This document shows, one piece after another, positions 47,316 through 58,525 of a stretch of DNA of 64,000 bases. Origin of the DNA: Polyangiaceae bacterium. Lineage in GTDB: Bacteria; Myxococcota_A; Polyangia; Polyangiales; Polyangiaceae. The DNA lies in NCBI GenBank assembly GCA_044222475.1, contig JBGANF010000014.1:1-64000 (forward strand), written 5' to 3'. Position numbers and translations under genes: made by a program. The notes under the pieces were generated by a model. It saw only the letters and a list, made by a program, of their open reading frames with translations, did no database searches and had not been told where the DNA came from. How positions within the stretch are numbered: the stretch's first letter is position 1; every line of letters starts with the position of its first letter.

Positions 47316-49908
47316 CGACGATCGCCTGGTAGCGATCGAGCATTCGTTCGACCGAGAAGCGTTCCTGAATCCTCGCCTGCGCGGCGAGCCCCATCCGCGC
47401 GCGCGCCTCGGCGTCGTCGATCAACGCGGCGACGGCCTCGCCCAGAGCCAGGCCGTCCCCTCGCGGTACGAGCAGGCCGGACTCGCCCACCGCGATCTGC
47501 TCGTCGACGCCGCCGGCGTTCGTGGCGACCACCGGCAGGCCCGAGGCCATCGCTTCGAGCGACGCGTTGGGACAGCCTTCCGGCTCGGCGACGAGCGCGA
47601 AGAGGTCGAGCTCGTCGAGGAACCCTTCGGCATCGACGGCGCCGACGAAGCGGACGCCGTTCGCTGCCGCGCGCGCCGCGAGATCTCGAGCGTACGCTTC
47701 GTGGCCGGTTTCGACCGGGCCCGCGACGAGCACCTCGAACGGGCGACGCGCGATGCGCGCGGCCCGCGCGGCGCCGTCGACGAGCTGCTCGAGCTTCTTG
47801 TCGGGCGACACTCGCGCGAGCGTTCCGACGACGACGCGCTCGCGCGGTCGGCGTGGCGCTCGCGGGCGGATCGGGACCCCGTTCTGGACGATGTGCACCG
47901 GGGCGCCGAGGCACGCACGTGCTCGCTCCGCCTCGCGCTCGAACTTGACGACGACGCCGCTGAGCAGTCGGCCGTAGTCGCCCGGCTCGAGATACGGAAG
48001 GTCGGGGCGCGGGCGCGCGAAGTAGCGATCGAGCGACGCGAAGTACATCTCGCCGGGGCTCACGTCGAAGAGCGGAACGCCGAGGAGCGCGTCGGCGAGG
48101 CGAAGCTTGTATTCTGCAATCGCGTTCCAGAAGACGACCGCGCTGGCGCCAGCCTCGTCGATCACCCGGACGATCGCGCTCGAGGCGCGCGCCGTGTCGC
48201 CCTTGGCGTACGGCGCGACGAAGACCGGTACGCCCGAGCGCTGGAGCTCGGTGCGCCACGGCGTCGGGAAGGCGCGCTGCTCTTCGAGGACGATCGCGCG
48301 GGCATCGACGCCGCGCGCGCGCAGGCCGAGGAGAAGCCGGCGAGCGCTCGCCTGCGCGCCGCCGATCGCGAAGTTGTTCGTGACGAGCCAGAGCGGCCCG
48401 CGAGCGCGCGGAGCCATCGCGCGACGGTAGAGGGCCTCGTGGCGCGCGGCGACGGCGGTGAGGTGGAGCTCCGGCGCGAGTGTCGGCCGCGGTCCGATCG
48501 CCGCGTCGGCGAGGGCGCCGGCGATCGCATCGGGCGTCGCGTCGCTCGAGAGCACGCGGACGCCTTCGTGTTTGGAGGCGAGCTCGCGCGCGCCGCTCAC
48601 CGAGGTCGTCACGAGGGGAAGTCTCGCCGCGATTGCCTCGAGGTACGCGATGCTGAAGCCCTCCCAGGCGCTCGTCGAGAGTGCGACGTCGGCCGCTTCG
48701 AGGAGTGACGCGACGTCCGCCACGGAGCCGACGCGCACCACGCGGTCACCGATCCCGAGCCGCGCGATCGTGTCGTCGAGGGCGCGAGCGGCCTGATGAC
48801 CGTCGTCGCCGGTGGGAAGGGGGGCGCCGACGAGGATCCAACGGACGTCACGCGTGCGCGCGAGGCACGCGATCGCCTCTGCGGCGACCTCGAGCCGCTT
48901 CTGCCGGCGTGGATTCGCGACCGTGATGACCGCCAGCGCGTCGCCCATCTGGAGACGGCGCCGCGTGGCCGCGCGATCGACGACGGCCGGCGTCGGCTGC
49001 ACGCCGTTCCAGGCGGTGCGAATCGGCGGTGCGAGCGCTGCGCCGTCGCGATGGACGTCGGCGGCGCAGGCGATGACGAGCTGCGCGTCGTCGGGCGCGA
49101 GCGAGTCGATGCCGGGCGGCCACGCTCGCCGCACGTTGTGGAGAGTGGTCACCGTCGGGATGCCGAAGCGCGCGAGGGCCGCCACGTCGGCGCCGTCGAG
49201 GAGGTGCGTGTGGACCACGTCGTGCGCCTCCTGATGGCAGTGGCGTGCGAGCTCTTCGCGTCGCGCCGTGCGTCCTCGGGCGTGCTCGTAGAGCAGGATC
49301 GCGTCGCTCGGTACGGCGTGCGTCTCCCGTTGAGGCGGATCGAGGACGTAGAGCGTGCTCGTGGCGCCGCGCTCCTGGAGGGCGCGGTGCAAATCGAGCG
49401 CGACCCGCTCCGCTCCGCCGCGGTGCATCGTCGTCACGACTTGGGCCACGCGGAGGCGCGCGTCGAAGCGGACGTCGAGCGCGGGTACGCGAACGAAGCG
49501 CGCGGCGCGACTCTCAATCATGTGTAGTATACATGTGGCGAGATCGGCGCCGTCCCGAAAGACGTCCGACGGTCGTTCGACGAAGGCGCTCGGAAACGAC
49601 GGAGGTGCCGCTCCGGTGGCGTCGCCCCCGGTGGCTGCGAGCCAGCGACGCCACGCGGGGTCCCCTCGATCGGCGCCGAGCGCGACCAGCGGCATTCCCG
49701 TCGCGCTGGGCGCAGGAAGCCGCGGCGTCTCGGTGGGCCAGGCTCCGGCGCGCAAGAGCCAGAGCGGAGTGCGGCGTTCGGCGAGCTCCGCGCCTGCGGT
49801 CGACTCGGGCGCTCGCGTGGCTTCGATCCCGAGTCGCGCGAGCGCGCGCACCGTGCGCGCGGCGAGAAAGGGCTCTCCGCCTTCGAGGACGAGTGCGTCA
49901 ATAGGCAC
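47290..49908 (-). CDS. Multidomain glycosyltransferase with two GT4 (GT-B) modules
   Basis: GGAE...EGFSIAYLEA and GGAQ...EGCPNASLEAMASGLPVV; probable GTG start 49908 overlapping the upstream stop; 3' end overlaps fhs. Confidence 0.85.
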   Translation of the reverse strand: MPIDALVLEGGEPFLAARTVRALARLGIEATRAPESTAGAELAERRTPLWLLRAGAWPTETPRLPAPSATGMPLVALGADRGDPAWRRWLAATGGDATGAAPPSFPSAFVERPSDVFRDGADLATCILHMIESRAARFVRVPALDVRFDARLRVAQVVTTMHRGGAERVALDLHRALQERGATSTLYVLDPPQRETHAVPSDAILLYEHARGRTARREELARHCHQEAHDVVHTHLLDGADVAALARFGIPTVTTLHNVRRAWPPGIDSLAPDDAQLVIACAADVHRDGAALAPPIRTAWNGVQPTPAVVDRAATRRRLQMGDALAVITVANPRRQKRLEVAAEAIACLARTRDVRWILVGAPLPTGDDGHQAARALDDTIARLGIGDRVVRVGSVADVASLLEAADVALSTSAWEGFSIAYLEAIAARLPLVTTSVSGARELASKHEGVRVLSSDATPDAIAGALADAAIGPRPTLAPELHLTAVAARHEALYRRAMAPRARGPLWLVTNNFAIGGAQASARRLLLGLRARGVDARAIVLEEQRAFPTPWRTELQRSGVPVFVAPYAKGDTARASSAIVRVIDEAGASAVVFWNAIAEYKLRLADALLGVPLFDVSPGEMYFASLDRYFARPRPDLPYLEPGDYGRLLSGVVVKFEREAERARACLGAPVHIVQNGVPIRPRAPRRPRERVVVGTLARVSPDKKLEQLVDGAARAARIARRPFEVLVAGPVETGHEAYARDLAARAAANGVRFVGAVDAEGFLDELDLFALVAEPEGCPNASLEAMASGLPVVATNAGGVDEQIAVGESGLLVPRGDGLALGEAVAALIDDAEARARMGLAAQARIQERFSVERMLDRYQAIVVNRSASAL

Positions 49909-51334
49909 TTGGGAATCCGCCGAAGGGTCGGTCGTCGTCGTCGTCGCGACGCGGCGGTTCCTCGCGGACCACGCGTCGTGGCTTCGATCGGCCACGCGTG
50001 TCGGTCGTCACCGCGACGACCTCGAGAACTCGGATCGCCTCGGGCGTGCCGCCGGTGTAGACGAAGGTTTCGGGGCCGTCCCCCACGGGGACGACGTCGG
50101 ACACGGGGACTCCGTTGACGACGCACTCGTACCGCACGCGGCTGCCTGGGGGGAGTCCAAGCGTGCGCAGACGAAAACCGTCGGTCCCGACGACGAAGGT
50201 CGGTGTCGGGAGAGCGGACGAGGGCCGCGACGGCTTGCGCGACAGCGCCCACCATCCGACGCTCGCGGCGGCAATGACTCCCACGAGGAGCGCGATCAGA
50301 GTCCCCAGGCCCATCTCGTCGTCTTCGCGCCGCACGCCCAACGCGGAGGTCGGAGTTCCCGTCAGCGCGGGCGGCGGCGGACGCGTCGCGCCGAGCGGCG
50401 GCACGCTCGTCGGGAAGGCGATGGGGGCGCCATCCACGACCACGAACCGAAAACCGTTGTCCGCGTTGCGACTCCCGGGCGTGTTGCGGTAGCGCGCGGC
50501 CGATCGCGCACGCTTCGGCTCCTTGAGCCAGGACCCCCCGCGCAACACGCGGCGCAACGGCTCACCGGCGGGCCCGGTTTCGTTCTTGGGATCCGTCGCC
50601 GCGCCGGTCGGGTAGGGGGCGTACACGTCGCTGCACCACTCGTAGACGTTGCCCGACAGATCGTGGAAGCCCCACGCGTTCGGTACGTGCTTTCCCACCG
50701 GCTCCGTCCCGTGGCCCGTCTTGAACACGCCGATGGTGAGCGCGGCACTTTCGTCGTCGCCGACGTACCACGCGGTCGTCGTGCCGGCGCGCGTCGCGTA
50801 CTCGTACTCGGCCTCGCTCGGGAGTCGCGCGTTCCGGCCCGTCTTCGCCGACACCCAAGAGACGAAGGCGAGCGCGTCGGCGTAGGTCACGAGCACGACC
50901 GGGTGGTCGTCGGTCTGGGTGAACCCGGGGTTCTTCCAGGTGTACTCCTTCCTCTGTACCAATTCGGTACCGTTCCAGCCGGAGCCCCCGCTCGACCCTT
51001 TTTCGGCTTCGGTCACGTAGCCCGTGTCGGCCACGAACGCGGCGTAGTCGCCGCGCGTGACGGGAGTCTCGAGCATGTCGAAGTCCTGGCTCAGCGTGAC
51101 TTCGTGCTCGGTCTCGTCGGCTTCGTGCCATCGGTCGGTGGCGGCCGAGCCTGCGCGGAACGTGCCGTGGGGCACGTGCCGGAGCGGGAGCTTCACCTCG
51201 CCGATCCTCAGGACCGAGGGGCCGCTCGGGGCGGGCGCGGTCGCGTCCTCGACCGGGCGTGCGTTCACGTCGCGCGCGACGAGCGCGCAGCCCAGCACCA
51301 AGAGTCCCCACCCCGTGTTCGTCAGCCACCGCAT
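49898..51334 (-). CDS. SUMF1/FGE-sulfatase domain membrane-anchored protein
   Basis: FRAGS, PVT, HPVVLVTY.DA, RLPSEAEYEYA.RAG, PNAWGFHDLSGNVYEW, RGGSW, GFR; signal peptide and one TM helix. Confidence 0.88.
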   Translation of the reverse strand: MRWLTNTGWGLLVLGCALVARDVNARPVEDATAPAPSGPSVLRIGEVKLPLRHVPHGTFRAGSAATDRWHEADETEHEVTLSQDFDMLETPVTRGDYAAFVADTGYVTEAEKGSSGGSGWNGTELVQRKEYTWKNPGFTQTDDHPVVLVTYADALAFVSWVSAKTGRNARLPSEAEYEYATRAGTTTAWYVGDDESAALTIGVFKTGHGTEPVGKHVPNAWGFHDLSGNVYEWCSDVYAPYPTGAATDPKNETGPAGEPLRRVLRGGSWLKEPKRARSAARYRNTPGSRNADNGFRFVVVDGAPIAFPTSVPPLGATRPPPPALTGTPTSALGVRREDDEMGLGTLIALLVGVIAAASVGWWALSRKPSRPSSALPTPTFVVGTDGFRLRTLGLPPGSRVRYECVVNGVPVSDVVPVGDGPETFVYTGGTPEAIRVLEVVAVTTDTRGRSKPRRVVREEPPRRDDDDDRPFGGFPSAY

Positions 51335-51366
51335 GCGCGCGATTATGCGCGAAATCGCCGAAGCGA

Positions 51367-53604
51367 TCAGGACGTCTTGGCGAGGACCGGTTTGGCGGGC
51401 GGCTCGCTCGCCGTCGCCGAAACCGCGGGCTTCGGCGTGACCGGTTCCGGAATTGGCGTCGAGAGCGTGTCGGTCGCGGCGGGGAGCGTGATCGTGAACG
51501 TCGTGCCGGCGCCAGGTTGGGTCTGGACTTGAATCGTTCCGCCGGCTTTCTGCACGATGCTCTGGCTGATCGCGAGACCGAGGCCGGTTCCCTGCTCCTT
51601 CGTGGTGAAGAACGGGACGAACAGGTTCTGCAGAACCTTTTGCGAGATGCCGGGCCCTTGGTCGCGCACCGAGATCTCGACGCGCTCGGGCTCCTCGCGC
51701 CCCGTGGACGTCTTCTCGCTGCTCGGGCCGTTGGCCGCGCTCGTCCAGCTCGCCTGCGACGTCGACCATGCGCGCGACGGTTTCCGCGAAGAGGTGCTCA
51801 CGGTGACTCGACCCCGACCATTCATGGCTTGGATGGCGTTCTGCACGAGGTTGATCAGGACTTGGCGAAACTGCTCGGGGTCGATCTTCACGCGAGGGAG
51901 CGTCTCGCCGAGCTCGAGCTGGAGCTCGACCTCCCCGGTGCTCTGGCTCGAGAGGATCTGCGTCGTGCGGCGCACCGCGGCGTTGAGATCGACCGGGATC
52001 GGATTGCCGGCGTGGGGCCGTGCGTACGCGAGGAAGCTCCCGACGACGCGGTCGAGGCGGTTCACCTCTTCGAGGATGATTCCGACGAACTCGGACGCCT
52101 GGGGATCGCCGCTCGCCGCGCCGCCGGACATCTCCTCGAGCAACTGCGCGGCGCCCTTGATCGACCCGAGCGGGTTCTTGACCTCGTGCGCGAGGCCGGC
52201 CGCCATCGCGCCGAGCGCGGCGAGTCGATCGCGCTCCTTCATCTGCGAGTAGATCTTGCTGTTCGCGATCGCGACGCCCATTTGGGCGGCCACGCTCTCG
52301 AGGAGCGCGATCTCTTCGGGAGTGAAGGCGTCGCGCACGCGATCGTCGGCGACGCACATCAGACCGACGAGCTGCTCGTCCTCGATGCGGACGGCGTAGA
52401 GGGACGCGCTCTTGAGCAGGCCGAGGCTACTCGCCGCGGTGAGCAGCGGTGCGTCGACCTCCTTGCCCTCGCGCGAGAGCTCCTCGAGCGAGATGGACGA
52501 CTGCTGGGCGAGTCGATCGAGCAGAGGCCGCGCGGCGAGCGCTTCGAGTCGGCGCGGGACGTGTCCGATGAGCGGCGACGTCGACGGGGTCTCGGCGGGC
52601 ACGCCGCCGATGTTGCCCGCGAGATCGAAGCCGTTGCCGTCCTGGTCGCGGAGGTAGATCGCGGCGCTCGTCACCCGGCGCGAGCGCTCGAGGCCGGAGA
52701 GCACCGTCTCGACCATCTCGGAGAGCTCGAGCACGTGCGAGAGTCGTTTTCTCAGGTCGGTGACGGCCGTCTCGATGTCGTAGCGCTCGCGGAAGAGGAA
52801 CTGGTGAATCCGGCGCTCGACCTCGGTCTGGAGTGGCTCGAAGAGCACGAGGAAGACGATCGCGGCGAGGACCGCGTTCAGGTACATCGTGCTGAAGCGC
52901 CCGACGAACGTGACGAAGACGTAGAAGATGCCGGCGAGCGAGAACGCCAGCGCGGTCGAGACCAAGAGGCGACCCGCGAGATCGTAGAGGTCCGCGAGGC
53001 GCGGCCGCGTGAGCGACTCGGCGAGGACGAAGAGGAAGACGATCGAGAGCACCGCTCCGATCGGCGGGAGCGTCACGCCCATGAACGAGAGGAAGTCGGC
53101 GAGCGTGAACGTCGTCGCCAGTGCGCCGACGACGACGAGGAATCGCACGCGATCGCGCACGGCGCGCGACGGGCTGCGCTGGCCGCGGATCCACAGCGAG
53201 ACGAGCGCCGCGGCGAGGAGGCCGAAGACGTAGGTGTAGATCGAGGCGAGCGCGATCGACTCGTCTTGGTACGGCGAGAGCTCGAGGACGAGCATCGGAA
53301 CGCCCAACGCGGCCGCGACGCGCGGCAGCTTCGGGCGCTGCCCTTGCTCGGCGGGGACGATCGACTGGAAGAGGTGCACCGCGAACTGCGGCAGGAGCAC
53401 CGTGAGGACGGCGGTCGCGCGGACCCAGATCGGCGCCTGGAAGAGCCCGTAGAGCGACTGGCTCAGGTACCAGAACGCGACGGTGGTCGCGAACGACGCG
53501 AACAGCCAGTGGACCGCGCGCCTCCCGCGAAGGAGCATCGACAGCGCGATCGCCAAGGCGAGCACCGCGCAGAAGAGCGTCGTTTGCGGGCGTAGCTCTT
53601 CCAC
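51367..53604 (-). CDS. Membrane sensor histidine kinase with GAF domain
   Basis: Multiple N-terminal TM helices; LAHEVKNPL, NLVQNAIQA, DQGPGI, PFFTTK, GTGLGL. Confidence 0.93.
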   Translation of the reverse strand: MEELRPQTTLFCAVLALAIALSMLLRGRRAVHWLFASFATTVAFWYLSQSLYGLFQAPIWVRATAVLTVLLPQFAVHLFQSIVPAEQGQRPKLPRVAAALGVPMLVLELSPYQDESIALASIYTYVFGLLAAALVSLWIRGQRSPSRAVRDRVRFLVVVGALATTFTLADFLSFMGVTLPPIGAVLSIVFLFVLAESLTRPRLADLYDLAGRLLVSTALAFSLAGIFYVFVTFVGRFSTMYLNAVLAAIVFLVLFEPLQTEVERRIHQFLFRERYDIETAVTDLRKRLSHVLELSEMVETVLSGLERSRRVTSAAIYLRDQDGNGFDLAGNIGGVPAETPSTSPLIGHVPRRLEALAARPLLDRLAQQSSISLEELSREGKEVDAPLLTAASSLGLLKSASLYAVRIEDEQLVGLMCVADDRVRDAFTPEEIALLESVAAQMGVAIANSKIYSQMKERDRLAALGAMAAGLAHEVKNPLGSIKGAAQLLEEMSGGAASGDPQASEFVGIILEEVNRLDRVVGSFLAYARPHAGNPIPVDLNAAVRRTTQILSSQSTGEVELQLELGETLPRVKIDPEQFRQVLINLVQNAIQAMNGRGRVTVSTSSRKPSRAWSTSQASWTSAANGPSSEKTSTGREEPERVEISVRDQGPGISQKVLQNLFVPFFTTKEQGTGLGLAISQSIVQKAGGTIQVQTQPGAGTTFTITLPAATDTLSTPIPEPVTPKPAVSATASEPPAKPVLAKTS

Positions 53605-53662
53605 GTCGGCAGTCTGCGCCGGATCGCGCGGGCGATCAAATCAGCAGCAGCGGCGGCGAGGC

Positions 53663-54046
53663 TTACTTCGCGGACTGCGACGAGGACGCCTGGTGCATCC
53701 AGGGGCTCGGGTCGGGATCGGTTCCGCCGGGGCCTTCGACCCACGGGCTCGGATCCGGATCGCGCGGGTTACCGTCTTCGACCTGGCCGGGATCGACCGG
53801 GTTCGAGGCCGGCATCTGCGGCTTCGTGCGGTGCTGATCGACGTTCAGCGCGGGCAGCGGAGCGGAGACCTGCTGCCCTTCGTCGACGACGAGGGTTGCC
53901 GGCGTCGTGAGCTGCGCGGACTGCGCCGTCGTGTCGTCGGGCGTGCCCGTTCCGACCTGCGCCGTGCAACCGGCGAGGGCACCCACCGAAAGGATCGGCA
54001 GGAGAAGGAACGCGAACCGCAAACGCTTGAACATGCTCGTCCTCAT
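53663..54046 (-). CDS. Small lipoprotein with duplicated DPDPSPW motif
   Basis: Lipobox LAGC; low-complexity body; DPDPSPW twice. Confidence 0.75.
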   Translation of the reverse strand: MRTSMFKRLRFAFLLLPILSVGALAGCTAQVGTGTPDDTTAQSAQLTTPATLVVDEGQQVSAPLPALNVDQHRTKPQMPASNPVDPGQVEDGNPRDPDPSPWVEGPGGTDPDPSPWMHQASSSQSAK

Positions 54047-54050
54047 GACC

Positions 54051-57000
54051 TTATGACTCCGACGAAATCACGGCAAGTCCGTATTGTTTTACGAGCTGCG
54101 AAAGCCGCGGCCGCTTCATGCCGAGTAGATTCGCTGCTTTTGTAATGTTTCCGCGGGTTTCCGCGAGTGCCCGTGCGATGCAGTCCCGCTCGATCTGCCG
54201 TTTCAGGTCAGAAAGCGACACGGTGCCCTGCCGAACGCAGGCATAGGCGACCGCGGTGGGGCCGGCTTCGCCCGGGGGGAGGGGGGCGTCCTCGTCGGTC
54301 TCCGCGTCGGGGACCTCGTCGACTTCGACCTCGGACACTCGAGCCGACGACAGCGGGAGCACCGCGACGCTCGCGCGCGACGTGCGCGGCTCGGTCGCGA
54401 GGCCGCGGAGGTCTTCGACGTTGTCGACGAGATCCTGCTGGCTGATCGTGGAGCCCTCGGCGAAGAGCGAAGCGGCGCGGAGCGCGTTCTCGAGCTCGCG
54501 GATGTTGCCGGCCCAGCGGTGACGCTGGAGGAGCTCGATCGCCTCGGGTGCGAGCGCCTTCATCCCCTCGCCGCGCTCTGCGGCGATGCGACCGAGGAGG
54601 TTCTCGGCGATGCGCGGCACGTCGCCGATGCGGTTGCGCAGCGCCGGCACCTCGAGGGTGATGCCGCGGAGGCGGTAGTAGAGGTCTTCGCGGAACTCGC
54701 CGCGCTCGACCATCGCCTTGAGATCGCGGTGGGTGGCGCAGATGATTCGGCAGTTGGCGCGGATGGGCGTCGTCCCGCCGACGCGCTCGTAGGTGCGCTC
54801 TTGCAGGACGCGAAGCAGCGCGACCTGGGTCCGCGGAGAGATGTCACCGATCTCGTCGAGGAAGAGCGTGCCGCCCTCGGCGAGCTCGAAGCGACCGCGG
54901 CGGCGCGCCGACGCGCCGGTGAACGCGCCCTTCTCGTGACCGAAGAGCTCGCTGAGGAGGAGCGTCTCGACGAGAGCTGCGCAGTTGACGGCGACGAACG
55001 GACCGGCAGCCCGCTCGCTCGCGCGGTGGAGTCCTTCGGCGACGAGCTCCTTGCCGGTGCCGCTCTCGCCGCGGATGAGGACGGTGCCGTCGCTCTTGCC
55101 GACCTTGCGGATCGCAGCGATGAGACCGCGGATGGCGGGGTCGTCGCCGACGATCTCGCGGACGTAGGTGGCGGCGCGGGGCGACCGCTGCGTCGACGGG
55201 GACGCGTCGCCGTCTTGCGCGTTGGCGCTCGCGGCCATCGTCGTGAGCGTCGAGCCGAGCTCGGCGACGAGTGCGTCGAGGCGAGCGAAGCCGGGGCGCG
55301 CGAGGTAGGAGGCGCGCACCTCGCCTCCGAGCGTGTCGCTCACGGTCTCGCGGAGCGAGATGGCCTGCTGGGCGTGGGCGCGAGCGCGCTCGACCTGGTC
55401 GGCGCGGTAGTGGTCGTGGGCGAGGAGGTGAGCTTCGATGAGCGTCTCTTCTTCGCCGGCGGTGCGCGCGAGGTGGAGCGCGTGGTCGAGGATCGCGTCG
55501 GTGAGCGTGCCCTCGGCGCGGGCGCAGATCGCGGTGAGGACGGCGACCTCGGCGTGTGCGGGATCCTTCGAAGCGAGCTGACGCGCAGCGCTGACCGCGG
55601 CGAGAGCGCGCGGGACGTCGCCGTCGTCGAGGGCGATGCGGGCGGCGATGCGGTACGCCTCGCCGACGTAGTCACTGCAGTCGGGCGCGCCGTGCGACGC
55701 GATCGCGTGCGAGACCTCGCGCTGCGCGTCGGTCACGCGGCCACGGGCGAGCGCGACGCGCGCCGCGACGACGGCGAAGTGCGCCGATCGACGAGGCGGC
55801 ATGCCGGGCCCGAGGAGGCGGCGACCGAAGGCCACTCCGTGCTCCGCGTGAGCGAGCAGGCCGAGCTTGGCGCGGAGCTCGGCGATGTTGGCGATGTTGA
55901 GCGCGGTGGTCAGGCGGTGGCCGAGGCGCAGCCGAAGCTTGAGCGTGCGCTCGTAGAGCTCGAGCGCGAGGCCGTACTCGTGGCGCCACATCGCGGTGAC
56001 CGCGAGGTTGTCGAGGGCGAACGCGCAGGCGCGCGCGTCGTTCAGGCGCTCGCCTTCGTCGAGCACCATCTGGAAGACGCTCTGCGCTTCTTCGACCTTG
56101 CCGCGCGAGAGGACGGCGATGCCGCGGTTGACGTGGGCGCGCAGCTCGTCGGTGCGAGCGCCGGCCGCGGCGGCGACGGCGCCGTCCTCGGTGAAGTGGC
56201 GCTCGGCGTCGTCCCATCGGGACGCCGCGAGGAGGAGCTTGCCGAGCGTGTTGCGCGCGCGGAGGCGGGTACGGACGCGCGACGCGGCGAGGGCGCGATT
56301 CGCCTCGACCTCGGCCGTCTCGTAGTCGCCGCTGAGGTAGCCGACCTCGGCGAGCTCGGCGGCGATACGGCAACGCTCGTCTTCGTCGCTCGATGCTTCC
56401 AGGCCACGCTCGAGCGCGACCTTGGCCGCGACGAGATCGCCCATGGCGACGGCGGCGCGACCGAGGAGGAGCAACCCGCCTTCGCCCGATGCTGCGCGCT
56501 TCGCCCAACGGTACGCCTCGTCCGCTTCGCCGGCGGCGAGCGCTCGCTCGGAGGCGGAGCGCGCGAGCGCGAGGCGAACGTCGCTCGAGAGCGACGGCGC
56601 ATCGACCGCGGACATCCAGCACGAGGCGATCTCGCGGCGGGCGAGGCTCTCGTCGGCGCGCTCGAGGGCGCGTCCGCACAGCTCGTCCGCGCGCTTCGCA
56701 TCACCGCTCTGCAGCGAGAGCTCGGCCGCGCGCGCGAGCGCCCAAGGATCGTCGGCGAAGGTCGTCGCGAGGGTTTCGGCGATGCGCGAGAGGAGCCGCG
56801 CCGGCGCTTGCTCGTCGGGCTGGCCGACCTGGTCGTGCTCGGGTGCGAGGGTCACGAAGCCGCGCTCGACGACGGCACCGCCCGACGCGACGAGCGCGTC
56901 GACGTCTCCGAGCTCGACGAGGGCCGAGACCGGGAGCGAACGGCCCGCGAGGAGGAGCGCGGTCGCAACCGGGCGGGCGCTCTCGGGGATGTCGACGACG

Positions 57001-57662
57001 TGGGTCCGCGGCGCGGCGACGCGCGCCGAGGCCCACCACGCCTCGAGGCTGGTGAGATCGTCGTAGGGAAGCGTGCGTGCTGCGTCGAGGCGAACGCCTT
57101 CGAGCCAGCGCTCGCGGTCTTCGCTTCCGAGCTGCGGTGCGATCTCGTACGTCTCGGCGTGGAGGTCTTCGGCCGCCGTCTCGAGGTCGGTCACGAAGAC
57201 GATGAGCGGCAGCGACTCGAGCTGGGCGAGCTCGGCCGCGACGGCGCGATCCCACGTCCCTTCCGCCGGGAGCGGTGCGACGATGATGGCGCGACGCGCG
57301 AGCGCGGCGCTGGCGATCTGGGCGGCGCACGAGAGCGGTGCGCAGTCGAGCTTGGCGATCGAGAGGCGCTGCGCGATCTCGCGCCAGAGCGGCGCGTGGC
57401 GATGGCCGCGCGCGCGGAGGACCGGCGTTCCGTGAGCCGACGCGCGGCGCGCGAGGTGCGCGAGCAGAGGCGCCGAGGCCGACGAATCGATCGATCGCGC
57501 GACGAGGATCGCTCCCGTTTCACGTGCACTCTGCACACGTTCGTCGAGGGCGGCGAAGCCGCGCGCGGCGGGTGCAAGTGAGGGCGCCGGGATGGACGGC
57601 GCAAGGGCAAGGGGTTGAGCGCTCAAGACCAAAAAGACTAGCCCCGCCTCATGGACGAGCAA
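54051..57662 (-). CDS. Sigma-54 enhancer-binding protein with long TPR-like N-terminal region
   Basis: [45 protein letters not shown], Fis-type HTH; start uncertain. Confidence 0.92.
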   Translation of the reverse strand: MLVHEAGLVFLVLSAQPLALAPSIPAPSLAPAARGFAALDERVQSARETGAILVARSIDSSASAPLLAHLARRASAHGTPVLRARGHRHAPLWREIAQRLSIAKLDCAPLSCAAQIASAALARRAIIVAPLPAEGTWDRAVAAELAQLESLPLIVFVTDLETAAEDLHAETYEIAPQLGSEDRERWLEGVRLDAARTLPYDDLTSLEAWWASARVAAPRTHVVDIPESARPVATALLLAGRSLPVSALVELGDVDALVASGGAVVERGFVTLAPEHDQVGQPDEQAPARLLSRIAETLATTFADDPWALARAAELSLQSGDAKRADELCGRALERADESLARREIASCWMSAVDAPSLSSDVRLALARSASERALAAGEADEAYRWAKRAASGEGGLLLLGRAAVAMGDLVAAKVALERGLEASSDEDERCRIAAELAEVGYLSGDYETAEVEANRALAASRVRTRLRARNTLGKLLLAASRWDDAERHFTEDGAVAAAAGARTDELRAHVNRGIAVLSRGKVEEAQSVFQMVLDEGERLNDARACAFALDNLAVTAMWRHEYGLALELYERTLKLRLRLGHRLTTALNIANIAELRAKLGLLAHAEHGVAFGRRLLGPGMPPRRSAHFAVVAARVALARGRVTDAQREVSHAIASHGAPDCSDYVGEAYRIAARIALDDGDVPRALAAVSAARQLASKDPAHAEVAVLTAICARAEGTLTDAILDHALHLARTAGEEETLIEAHLLAHDHYRADQVERARAHAQQAISLRETVSDTLGGEVRASYLARPGFARLDALVAELGSTLTTMAASANAQDGDASPSTQRSPRAATYVREIVGDDPAIRGLIAAIRKVGKSDGTVLIRGESGTGKELVAEGLHRASERAAGPFVAVNCAALVETLLLSELFGHEKGAFTGASARRRGRFELAEGGTLFLDEIGDISPRTQVALLRVLQERTYERVGGTTPIRANCRIICATHRDLKAMVERGEFREDLYYRLRGITLEVPALRNRIGDVPRIAENLLGRIAAERGEGMKALAPEAIELLQRHRWAGNIRELENALRAASLFAEGSTISQQDLVDNVEDLRGLATEPRTSRASVAVLPLSSARVSEVEVDEVPDAETDEDAPLPPGEAGPTAVAYACVRQGTVSLSDLKRQIERDCIARALAETRGNITKAANLLGMKRPRLSQLVKQYGLAVISSES

Positions 57663-57703
57663 GGGTCAAGGCGCACAAACCCTCACCGTAGGCGCGGGAA
57701 ATT

Positions 57704-58525
57704 CTAGCTGCGGTGTACGAATTCCAACCAGGTCGCAATCCCGTCGAAAGCGTCCTTGGGAGCCTCCCCGATCTCGCGGGCGAGGGGCAGTTGAGCCCGC
57801 ACCGTGGCGAGGAAGATCGGGACGGCCTCGGGTACCCGCGTGGCCAGGAGATCGCGGGCGCGGGCGATCGCCGCGCGGTCGCCGCGGCGAACCGGACCGG
57901 TGAGCGCGTGAGGGAAGCCGAGGTGCTCGACGTTCTCCGCGACGCTGCGGAGGAGCGGACCGAGGAGCTTCGGCGCGTCCCTTTTTGGTACACCCGCGGC
58001 GACGAGCACGTCGCGACCGATCGCGGCGAGGGCGGCGGACCCGTTGGCGACGAGCCCGGCGGCGGCGTGGTACCCGATCGCGTCGAGCTTGGGGAACGTG
58101 CGCGGCGTCATGCCGAGCGCCTTCGCGAGTGACCGCGCGCGGCGCACCGCGATCGCGTCGCCCTGGACGTGGACGTTGCCGCCGGCGAGGGTGGGGACGA
58201 ACTCGGTGGACGCGAACGAGATCATCGGGTGCATCTGCGCGACCGAGACGCCGAGAGCGCGCAGCGGCGCGAGCGGCTCCGCGCCGAGCGCGCCCGCGCA
58301 GTGCACGACGGTCGTCCCGCGTGCGCGCAGCTTTCGGTCCGCGAGGGTGCGCACGGCCTCGGGGAGATCGCGATCGCGCACCGCGAGGACGATGACGTCG
58401 GCGTCGACCCGCGCGGGCCAACCGCGCCGCGCCGGGCGGAGCGTCACCGCGAGCCGGGCCTTCTTCCACCCCTTGGCGAGCGCGCGTCCGACTTTCCCAG
58501 CGCCGAAGACGAAGATCGATTTCAT
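57704..58525 (-). CDS. Rossmann-like plus DUF2520 oxidoreductase
   Basis: GAGKVG, LAVRD, HCAGA, HP..SF, YHAAA...N, ALTGPVRRGD. Confidence 0.88.
   Translation of the reverse strand: MKSIFVFGAGKVGRALAKGWKKARLAVTLRPARRGWPARVDADVIVLAVRDRDLPEAVRTLADRKLRARGTTVVHCAGALGAEPLAPLRALGVSVAQMHPMISFASTEFVPTLAGGNVHVQGDAIAVRRARSLAKALGMTPRTFPKLDAIGYHAAAGLVANGSAALAAIGRDVLVAAGVPKRDAPKLLGPLLRSVAENVEHLGFPHALTGPVRRGDRAAIARARDLLATRVPEAVPIFLATVRAQLPLAREIGEAPKDAFDGIATWLEFVHRS

Noticed and set aside
53663..54046. DPDPSPW lipoprotein as a RiPP precursor
   Set aside because: No modifying enzymes or transporter nearby; kept only as a signalling hypothesis
2344..57581. Long alternative-frame or antisense ORFs (e.g. 2344-4386, 5834-8686, 28813-31674, 37529-41167, 51259-53595, 54519-57581)
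   Set aside because: Arg/Ala/Gly-rich shadows of real genes, expected at ~70% GC, with no recognisable motifs
57615..57626. Palindrome TTGAGCGCTCAA resembling a LacI-type operator
   Set aside because: Single short site overlapping the uncertain start of the activator, with no supporting context
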